Below, piece after piece: positions 24,901 to 33,505 of a stretch of DNA of 64,000 nt. The DNA is taken from assembly GCA_051362555.1 (NCBI GenBank), contig CM120647.1, positions 992,001 to 1,056,000 on the forward strand, in the 5' to 3' direction. Position numbers and translations under genes: made by a program. Source of the DNA: Lingula anatina (lineage: Eukaryota > Animalia > Brachiopoda). Below the pieces are notes generated by a model, which was not told where the DNA came from, made no database searches, and was given only the letters and a program-made list of their open reading frames with translations. Position 1 is the first letter of the stretch; each line of letters begins with the position of its first letter.

Positions 24901-27900
24901 TAAATAATACTATCTGCATTTGAACGTTCCAAAATTATTCATATTTTCTATATATATCCTGTAAAGCAACTTTATCACAATTAATTCCATTTTCTGTCAC
25001 CAGGGCACACCTGACAAGAAGAACCGCTCCAGACCTCCAAGTCTGGTCATGACCAAAGACAGTATTATCCCCATTCCAGCGCGTGAGAGGCGCTCCAGTC
25101 TAGGTGATGGGCTCAAAGTGAACCTTAACAACCTTCCTCCCCCACCTCCCCCTCAGTCCAGCAAACCCAAAGGTATGTTGTGTTCTTTTCTTAGACCAGC
25201 CTGTCTTGTCACACCTACTGCGCCCCCTACAGTTCTGTTAGCCCAGAGATGTGTTGTTGTCTCATCCACCACAATCTAAGTGTCTCATCTAACACATTCT
25301 GTCCTGTAACTAGACCTGTGTGATGCCTACAGACCCGGTCACTGACCCAGTTAGGGTGTTCTAGGTTTCTCCAGCCAGGGAGATTAGTGGACAGAAGGAA
25401 GCCCTCTCTTCCCATAGTTTCATACACATGCCTAGAATTTTGTAACACATGTATCCTGTGGTTAGCAAACAAAGCAACCACACCAGTGTTGTGTCTGTGT
25501 AAACAGCATGTATATAAGGACAGCTTGGGGAACTCTCTCTGTAGTTTAATATGAAGTACCCGGTATCTTTCTTCAGGTACACTTCACAGGCATATCATAT
25601 TCATAAGATGTCAACGCAAACATTACTGACTGCAGGAATGTTACTTTTGTACAAAATGGGTATCAAAACTTTGTTACAGTTCACTTTAATTGACTGTTTG
25701 TCAATTACAAATTAATCAGTGATATGCCTGTTTCTTACATGTTTCTCCCTCATCCTTCTCGGGAGACATTCCCTCCTGTAATTTACAAACGTACAAATGG
25801 GTGTATATATTTTACTATAACTATTGTATCATTTGTCATGTATCTCTTTCCAACAAAATTATTATAATTAATATAATTCTCTTTCTTATGGCACATGTTG
25901 AAATCATTCTTTTACAATACATTTTAGCCGGGGTATATACTGTTTTCAATATATTTAATGTATAGTACAACAATGAATTAACTTTAAAAAATAATGTACA
26001 TTATCAATATGGTAAATGTAAACCATTGAGGGGCATTATTAACCAACACACTGCCCTCTTCTCCCCCAGCACAATGATGATACTGACCACATCTCAACTA
26101 ATGCAATCATCATCATTGTGTTTCCCTCCCCAGCACAATGATGATACTAACCACATCTCAACTAATACAATCATCATCATTGTGTTTCCCTCCCCAGCAC
26201 AATGATGATACTGACCACATCTCAACTAACACAATCATCATCATTGTGTTTCCCTCCCCAGCACAATGATAATACTAACCACATCTCAACTAATGCAATC
26301 ATCATCATTGTGTTTCCCTCCCCAGCACAATGATGATACTAACCACATCTCAACTAATACAATCATCATCATTGTGTTTCCCTCCCCAGCACAATGATGA
26401 TACTGACCACATCTCAACTAACACAATCATCATCATTGTGTTTCCCTCCCCAGCACAATGATGATACTGACCACGTCTCAGCTAACGCAATCATCGTCAT
26501 TGTGTTTCCCTCGTCTTCCTTCCAGGCCTGACTTTCTCCTCCAATGCCCCCCTCGCTTCTGTCTCAGTGGGGTTGGCTGGGAAGAAAAAAGCCCCCGCCC
26601 CTCTTCCCCCAGGGGTGGGGAGTGGTCACACCCGTATGGTCTCTGATCCCAGTGGTAAGTTGCTGTTTCTAAATGTGCATGAACTTAATATTATTGCATG
26701 TGGAGATGTCTTATCATGTTATTATTATTATTATTATTTTAATCTTAAAAGATTTACATAACTGATTCTTTGAAAAACTTGAAGGATTATATTCTCAAAC
26801 CAAAGTACAGATGATATATAATGTGCATGGTTGTGGTACAATATAATGTATAATCTGTTAGAAGGTGGTTTAACATAGACACTTGTTTCTATTACTTAAT
26901 CAACATTTTCTTAATACAGTCCTTTACCCCCCCCTCCTCACCCCCCAAAAAGAGAAAAAAATCAACCACAAACCAACCAATCACTCAATAAATGAATGAT
27001 AGTCATAACTAGCACATTTTTGAAAATGTCTTTTCACGATTTAAACAAGGATCTGAAGAATTAAAGATTTATGGAAACAATAAGCATGAAAAAGAAATTA
27101 AATTTCCTGATCTAGATATTTATTGATTTGTGCTCAGTTTGTTTCATATTATTGACGTGCAAGTAGTGAATGTGCATGTGTGTGTGCGTGCGTGCAGGTG
27201 CGTGTGAATATTTGTGTGTGATGTCCAACAGGCCCAAGTGCAAGAGAATACAGATATCAAATTCTGTTTTATGTTTCTGTGATATATAATTTACACTATC
27301 AAAACAGTGAGTAGGTATTATAAACAACAGTCTTGGCGTACATCAACTACATACCTTAGAGAATGGTGAAGCTTAGGAACCATTCCCACAGATATTTTGG
27401 AACGATCTATCTCCCTGGGGGGTCTCACTAAATTGCTATCAACATAACTGGTTTAATGACAGACATGTATGCTGCTAGAGCTGATAGCAATTTAGCGTGA
27501 ACCCCCAGGGAGTTAGGTTGATCCAGATGGATCGATCTAAGTATGGGAACCCAGTCTAACATGGAACTGTTGGTAATAACACATGACCTTTATTTTCTCC
27601 TTCCTCAGGTATAAACCTGGATCAGGTTAACCGTGCCCGCGTCCCGTCAGACCCCTCCATGCCACCGCCATTACCCATGAAGAACAAGGATAAGATTCAG
27701 GCGCCGCCTGGTGGTAAACTGGTGCTACCGCCACCTCTGCAGTTCAGGAACCAGACTGGCGCAGTGTAAGTTAGACAATGGCCTCAGTCAATAGGTGACT
27801 AACTAGTGCAGGGGTCAACTGTGGCGACCCACTACAAAGCTTGCCATTTAATCCACTAATAGACACTGAATAGATATCCCATGGGAAAGTATTCAAGTGG

Positions 27901-28176
27901 GTCAGCCATATTTGACCCTCGGACTAGTTAGTCCCTATTCTGAATAGGGCCAATGTAGATATATGTGACACAGAGTAAGACATGGACAATGGCGGTTCTC
28001 AAACTCAAAATTAATGTAGTAAAATACACACAGGTCTTCATGAGCATTTTATTATTCCAACCTGCTTATTGTCTTTGTTAAAGAGATGATGAAAAAACAG
28101 TTGAAGTATAGTTTGTATGTAAGTGTGAAAATGCGGTTGACAAATTACATGCACATGCATGTCAGCGCATGCATGC

Positions 28177-28218
<42 letters not shown>

Positions 28219-29326
28219 CCCCCAACACAATTCCTGCCTTATTTTTACTTGAACTTAATTTCATCTCAGCAGCAGCAACAGCGGTAAAAAGTCGCGGACA
28301 TCCAGTGCCTCAAGCGATAAGCCAGTTCCAGCGCCAAGAAGAAGTACTATAGGTGGCGCTCCGGTGTTCTCCCAGCCCGAGGCCGTCAAAGCTGCCAGCA
28401 GTATGGAACGTCTTTCCAACGGGAGATCCAGCGAGAGTCTGGACTCCACGGACTCGGCAGCGGGCGGGGGTCTTCAGCCGCACCCCACCCCCAGGACTAA
28501 GGTAACGAGTCCTTACTGCCACCTACACTCACAGTATTTCTGCTAGTGGTCAGGAAGTGGCAGATTTGGGGGAGGGCGTCAAGGGGGAGAATTTTAACTA
28601 GCTGAATTATGGTTCTAAACAATACCAAAAATTTTCGGGGCTTTTTGGTGGGCCCCAAACACCATGCCAAGGGTGGAGGGTCGGCTTTGCATCCGAGGAC
28701 CCCCCTCCCCCTTCAAATAATCCTGGATCCTCTCCTGTCACGGGGCTGGAAGATAATATTTTTGTTTGCTCACCATTTATTGTTGAATTTTTAGTGTCAG
28801 TATTTTATTATTATTATTTTGTTTTGGCAATTACTTTGTTCTCAGGCTTTATTCTAAATATTTCATCATCAGGAGGTGTGGATTGATCTCACTTCTTGTT
28901 TTTTTCTCCTTTCCTGTAGAAAAAAATGTCTTTGAGGAGACAAAGGAAATGCAGGGCATTGTACGATTGTGATGCTGATAATGACGATGAATTGTCTTTC
29001 AAAGAGGGAGAAATTATCATACTACTTAGAGAGGAGGATGAGGATTGGTGGGTAAGTACACGGATTTTCATTGGTTGTTTGTGTGAGAATTCTTACATAT
29101 ATGAAAAAAATATAAAAGGTTTGTTTGTAAGTGTTAACAATATACGTTTTATTAGATGCACATAAAGAGCTTTTTTAAACATTTTTCCTTCTGTGTCATC
29201 GCGTGCCATTGTCATTTTCAATTTCATTGTCAATTTCAGGAAGGAGAGGTAGATGGAGAACCACATCGAAAAGGACTCTTTCCAGCCTCTTTTGTGGAAA
29301 GAGTTGTAGAGGATTCTGGGGGATAG
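2489..29326 (+). CDS. ASAP1: Arf-GAP with SH3, ankyrin repeat and PH domains (ASAP1/2 co-ortholog), about 1016 aa
   Basis: 25 GT-AG exons summing to 3051 nt: 2489-2614, 6532-6604, 7342-7428, 7953-8014, 8715-8839, 10611-10686, 10953-11006, 11175-11260, 11590-11752, 19003-19179, 19527-19626, 20026-20074, 20493-20650, 21187-21320, 21597-21685, 22122-22302, 22836-22927, 23276-23462, 23887-24012, 25004-25172, 26526-26654, 27609-27765, 28270-28501, 28920-29051, 29240-29326. Start [27 protein letters not shown] domain, PH ([20 protein letters not shown]), ArfGAP CxxC-x16-CxxC-x4-R (CCDC...CIDCCGIHR), ankyrin repeats ([16 protein letters not shown]), Pro-rich region, SH3 ([17 protein letters not shown]...WWEG...GLFPASFV), TAG stop. 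Confidence 0.95.
3507..3674. mobile_element. Short hAT5-like MITE
   Basis: Ends ctggcctgtagcc / ggctacaggcctg flanked by a 5-bp direct repeat tcgta. Confidence 0.55.
3710..3918 (+). repeat. (CT)n microsatellite / pyrimidine tract
   Basis: Directly visible; explains the spurious S/L-rich ORFs at 3534-3960. Confidence 0.95.
4677..4955 (+). mobile_element. PIF/Harbinger-like MITE family B (gatcgatc family)
   Basis: gggaccattcccagaccc...gatcgatc...ggaacccagtc; homologous to copies at about 9953, 27376, 53040, 55970 and 58670. Confidence 0.75.
5405..5510 (+). repeat. About 40-bp tandem repeat, about 2.5 copies
   Basis: agatccaaagtgtaaactgtaataaa(t/c)ttcctacagatcc repeated. Confidence 0.8.
7671..7846. 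mobile_element. PIF/Harbinger-like MITE family A
   Basis: 30-bp TIR ggctacattcagaacagtggactaactagt / actagttagtccactgttctgaatgtggcc with TTA TSD on both sides. Confidence 0.85.
8117..8453 (+). mobile_element. Non-autonomous Kolobok-like DNA transposon, 337 bp
   Basis: TTAA TSD; TIR agcaataataactctt / aagagttattatgcct; same-length inverted copy at 60849-61185. Confidence 0.85.
9953..10208 (+). mobile_element. MITE family B inserted at TAA between two copies of an approximately 118-bp direct repeat
   Basis: TAA on both sides; flanks 9835-9952 and 10209-10328 are diverged direct repeats. Confidence 0.8.
12112..12935 (+). repeat. 17-bp minisatellite with a 34-bp higher-order dimer
   Basis: Alternating actgtcacacctaacac / actgtcacatttattac, plus variants. 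Confidence 0.95.
13096..13137 (+). CDS. Candidate 42-nt alternative ASAP cassette exon ([14 protein letters not shown]) in the BAR-PH linker
   Basis: Pyrimidine tract and gccag acceptor, gca|gtgagt donor, phase 0-0 matching the flanking exons, no stop codon, three TGCATG just downstream. Confidence 0.6.
13250..13503. mobile_element. MITE with long imperfect inverted arms
   Basis: cacagacaccattggtctgcatggatcaacccaact...agttgggtggatccatgcagacggatggtgtctgtg; TTA/TAA flanks. Confidence 0.75.
14170..18110 (+). mobile_element. Compound Helentron/HINE-like element(s) with approximately 140-bp internal tandem repeats
   Basis: Repeated head with palindrome tgtacagacacagatgtgtctgtaca plus (GTC/GCC)n microsatellite at about 14175, 14630 and 15570; arrays of the ...gataacacgataagtggaaaa...ttcgaaaatcagcatgatcggg... 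unit; 3' hairpins at about 17720-17775 and 18060-18110; T-rich flanks. This is DINE-1/HINE-type architecture. Confidence 0.7.
18694..18918. mobile_element. MITE
   Basis: About 35-bp TIR gtctcatttaatgctcacttacagttctcaatct / agattgagaaccgtaagtgaacataaaatgagac. Confidence 0.65.
20690..20870. mobile_element. MITE family A, diverged copy
   Basis: cagatccgtggatcaaatatggccgacccact...gtgggtcgccatatttaatccacggatctg; homologous to 7671-7846. Confidence 0.7.
21360..21522 (+). mobile_element. SINE 3' fragment, same family as 49655-49931
   Basis: gcagccaggctgtatcctcctcagggagg...ggccaaaatgaccaggcttcctttgatt matches the reverse complement of 35590-35745. Confidence 0.7.
22721..22897 (+). repeat. 87-bp tandem duplication spanning an ASAP acceptor and exon start
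   Basis: tattacctc...ttttag|gaagatgaagagactgctctccatttagcagt...gtcacta occurs twice (acceptor AGs end at 22748 and 22835). Confidence 0.9.
23515..23730 (+). repeat. About 43-bp degenerate tandem repeat, about 5 copies
   Basis: gcctgtttccagtgaagatgtgccagcctaacttaattttaag-like units. Confidence 0.8.
24023..24461 (+). repeat. 21-bp minisatellite, about 21 copies
   Basis: (gacagtgagtgtgttag/ggtgt)n starting right after the exon 19 donor. Confidence 0.95.
24472..24690. mobile_element. MITE related to family B
   Basis: ccccatttccatagatttttagatcgatctatcc...gatcgatctaaatctctggg; related copy at 46095-46310. Confidence 0.65.
26060..26512 (+). repeat. 64-bp tandem repeat, 7 copies, built from a 3' splice-site region
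   Basis: ccccag|cacaatgatgatact(g/a)accacatctcaactaa..caatcatcatcattgtgtttccct; AGs end at 26069, 26133, 26197, 26261, 26325, 26389 and 26453. Confidence 0.95.
27376..27556 (+). mobile_element. MITE family B, internally shortened copy
   Basis: ggaaccattcccac...atcgatctaagtatgggaacccagtc with tta/taa flanks. Confidence 0.7.
27780..27951. mobile_element. MITE family A copy
   Basis: gactaactagtgcaggggtcaa...ttgaccctcggactagttagtccctattctgaatagggcc. Confidence 0.75.
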
Positions 29327-31534
29327 AGGGCAGTGTCTCAACTAACGCAATCCTGGAACTCCTAACACAATCTTCACAACCTCACTGTGGGCGTGACATT
29401 CCCAAAGTCACCTCTTCCTGGTATTGTGTAGGCAAAATAAGGACCCTAAGGTGTCCAGCTCAGCAGTAGGGCTGTTCAGAGACTTCATATGATGTCATTC
29501 AGAGCAGAGTGGTTCTGGATAAACAAAGAGATGATAGACAGCACCAGAGCTTCCCCACATTTCTTTGCTTGAAAGAATGTTCTCTCAAAGGGATTTATAT
29601 TTATTTGTTCTCGACAGTGAAAATGATATTATATTTTTTGAAGCTGGAGGAAGCGGTCTGTTGTTGTGTATAGGTACATTTATTGAATGTGACAGTGTCT
29701 GATATAGAAATGATATAGAAATGATCTGTACATAATTGTCCTTACGTACTAGTGTTGGGAGACTGTATAAAGATGACTTTCTCCCATGATTGACAGTGAC
29801 ATGTTATTTAGGACAAAGACAAATATCAATTTTTTTTGTCTTTTGTCCGATAATGATACTGCAAAATATGAATTTGCAGTGTTTTAAAGCCTTTTGAATA
29901 ATATGACATTATTTTAGCATGAAGCCAATATTTGCTACATTTGATGTATGATACTTAGTTTCAGCTGAGAATAAAAGGGAGATGCAACGGAAAGAATGAT
30001 GGCAAATTAGTGTAAAAAAATAATAAGTTGATATTAAAATGTTATAGAAAATAATGAAAAATCAGATCACTATGTATTTTGTGTTGTTATAAGTTACAGT
30101 TCTACACTGTACATTATGTATTGAAAACATTAGTTTCTTCATTCCTTCAGGACCAAATAAGTTTTGAAATTTTGTATAGATTATAGTTGATAGCAGTGAG
30201 GAGGTTCCAGGTAGAAGAAGTGGGTGTTCCAGTTTACTTGGTTGTCATGGTTTTATTCTTCCATATATATTATATTGAGTTATAAGACATTCCAAACTTT
30301 GAATCATTTCCTCATTAGTCTCCAGTGAAAGGCTTACAAATATAGCAAAGACTTCATCTTTTTAATGGGCAAAAATTATTGATCCTTCAGTTATATAATT
30401 ATATTTCTATTTAGCCTCTGTGGTGCATAGAATAGAACTATAGGGTGGCTTGCCTTTCAATATTATTGCTGCCACTCAATAGGAATGTTGTAATTTAAAG
30501 AATTTATGACTTAAAAATACAGCATCTGTAAAATTCAATTTTCCCCCATTTACAAGATGGAGTCATTGCCGCAAGTGATGGCGTTCAATGACAGGACAAA
30601 TATTGAAAATATGCATGCTCAGAATACATTTTAAAAATTTCCCAGTGCTTCCTCTTCCTTCCTTCCTAGTTGAGAAAAAGAAGTGGCCTTCTATGTTATT
30701 GACAGCTGCTTTTGTGTTACATATATTTTGCCTTTTGTCAGAAAGTGACGTCTTGCAGGTAATGCTTGACCAGTAGTGCCACCTCTTGCAATGTCTCGCA
30801 AGTAATACTTTTGTAAAATACTTTCTATGTACTTGAAAATCTTGGCAAATATTGACAAATATTATTCTTTGGAGGAAATAATTGAATCTTTAATGTTCTC
30901 AAAATAACCTGAAGTCTTACTTTGTATCTCAACTTATAAAACCTAGCTCACTCACTAAAGCATTACTCTGTGGAGTGAATCAAATCTTTAAATGCAGAAA
31001 TGGTGTTAGTAAGTCCATTTCAGTAAAACAGTTGCTCAGTGTATTGGTATTATATCATACCTTCAGAAGAGTTCTTAATCTCTTGATGCTAATGTTACTG
31101 ATGGTAAAACAACAAACAGGAAAGGGAATTGGCACTTGAATTGCTTTACCTTGAGAGCAATGGAGGTTTTACCTTGAGAAGAGCAGACTGTGGTTAAAGG
31201 TCAAGGGGATGCCATTTTCATTTTTGGTTATTCCCCCACATTTGTGTCTGTGTCTGAATATTATAATTTAAATATGACAAATATATTTTGGTGAATATTA
31301 TTGATAATTGTCTTCTTGCACGTAATAATTATTCCAGGTACTTATTTGAGATTTTAATAATGAATTATTAGTAATGAGTGTATGTAGACTCAAGTGGTGT
31401 CAAAGAACAGGAATTATGTGTTAAATTTTACATAATGTACCAATATACCTAATCTCGGAGTCAAAACAGCAGTTTTTATTTCATATGTACCATATAAGTC
31501 TATGTTTCAGTTGGGAGGATAAGAAGTACCTTAA

Positions 31535-31556
31535 AATAAAACAATACTTAAATAAA
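31535..31556 (+). terminator. Candidate ASAP polyadenylation signals
   Basis: Two AATAAA (31535, 31551) at the end of an approximately 2.2-kb AT-rich 3'UTR-like stretch. Confidence 0.4.
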
Positions 31557-31612
31557 GCATGCTTGTTACACGTTGTATTATGAAGTATTTTTTTAAGAGA
31601 GTCCATTAGACT

Positions 31613-31850
31613 GGTGTCACAGCTACCACAATCTACTGTCACACCTAACACAATCATTTGTCACAGCTACCACACTTCTGTCACACCTAACACAATCATT
31701 TGTCACAGCTACCACACTTCTGTCACACCTAACACAATCATTTGTCACAGCTACCACACTTCTGTCACACCTAACACAATCATTTGTCACAGCTACCACA
31801 CTTATGTCACACCTAACACAATCATTTGTCACAGCTACCACACTTGTCAA
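31613..31850 (+). repeat. 42-bp minisatellite, about 5.5 copies
   Basis: tgtcacacctaacacaatcatttgtcacagctaccacacttc repeated. Confidence 0.95.
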
Positions 31851-32407
31851 ATCTTAAATACTTGTCACAATCAACTGTCACATCCAACAATCTACTGTCA
31901 TTGCTACGAAATAAATCTAGAACCTTTTATTAAAGACATATACATTGGCATGTGTGCCCATATCACAATTTGTTTGTAAAATTACTTGCATAATTGATAA
32001 AAAAATCCATATAAACAGATAAACTGTAAGTTGGACAATATGGAATTGATAGTTGATAAAAATAAGCTACCCTTGGTAATACTTACTTGGTTTTCCTTGA
32101 CTTTATATTTCAGCAAGTTCTAAACCAAGGGAAATGTGAGAATACTATACATTTAACAACAATGCTGATATTTTGTCATTTGAGCAGTACTTAGCACAAA
32201 AAAGTGATCACTTTTGATTAAGCTTTAATCAAAAATACTTTGTTTAATAAATTGTATATTAAAAAATGTGCTCAAAATCATTGTCATGAGGAAAATTGTT
32301 GACCATTTTTCAGAATTGATCAAGATGCCTATAGGATGGATTAGGAGGTGAGGGCACGCCCGGGGGGGAGGGGGGGGTGATTTACTTATTACCATCAGCA
32401 TCTCTGA

Positions 32408-32568
32408 CAGGGGTGGATCCAGAGATATTTTCTAACAGTCTTCCAATTTCTCTTTGTTGATCCATCCTCCATTTCTGAAAATCTTCCGGTAGAAAAATAA
32501 GATACCCACAAACTTTAAAGTCTGACTGTCTTCCGGAAGACCTAGAAGGTGGCCTCAATCCACCCCTG
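32408..32568 (+). mobile_element. hAT5-like MITE family E
   Basis: caggggtggatccag...tcaatccacccctg; homologous copies at 34213, 50054 and 53615. Confidence 0.75.
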
Positions 32569-33076
32569 TCTGGGAGAGTACTTAATATGCAAGCATGCTA
32601 AGTGAAGCACACTTCTTCTGCCTTTGCCAATTGTACAGCATTTCAATGCATATAGGCTGAAACAGCAGGTAACATGCTTGTGTCCACATAAAAATACTTA
32701 ACTAATCTCTTCCTTTTTACATTTTCTTTAAACTACAAATGTAAGGCTTCGTATTGTTCATTTCTCTGGAGTGTCAGTCATCAATACATGGTACTGATAA
32801 AAAGACTCCTTGAACAGCAAATAACACAGTTCAAAATACACTGGGCAGAAAAATTTAACCTATAAATTAATTGTATGGCGAGTCTGCCACTTCCGTTGTA
32901 AAATGCCTCCTGCTCCTTGTGTGAATATTTTTGGCAGCTACCGTTTAGTCTTCTAAAATAAAGTGACAAATGATCAAATTATATGCAGTATGTATATGCA
33001 CATAATATGCACATATACACTTCTCTAAAAATAACATAATTCTAAATTTACAGGAGGTGCATCCGTTTTCTTCTTT

Positions 33077-33471
33077 TCACGTTTTGCAGCAACTTTTCTT
33101 ATTTTCCGCAGAGCTGACATTTTCCAAGTCAAGATCAACTGAGCTTGAAGTCCGTTTTTTACGCTCCTCGCCCTCGGGCAAACAGTGCTCAAATATGTAC
33201 TCAAACAACCGTTTCACGTTCTGTCCGCTGAGACTGGATGTCTCAAAATAGGGTATCACAGGTTTGTCATCCTTTGGAGGCAAATGCTGATTGATTTCGC
33301 GTGCAAATGCAAGCACCTGCTGGCTTGTGACGGCGCGTGTTGATGGTGACACGAGGTCAGCTTTCGTTGCTACAACAACATGGAGACAGTCTTTCTCAGC
33401 TGCCTCCAGGAGTGGAACAAATCTCTCTCTGAAATACACAAATAGTCAATTATCTACTTATTAATATAGTG

Positions 33472-33505
<34 letters not shown>

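Noticed and set aside
26060-26512. CRISPR-like array or C/D snoRNA cluster (atgatga...ctga)
   Set aside because: No spacers; the box C-like and box D-like motifs are only a few nt apart and there are no terminal stems
31614-31979. 121-aa His/Cys repeat ORF
   Set aside because: Translation of the 42-bp minisatellite with a non-ATG start
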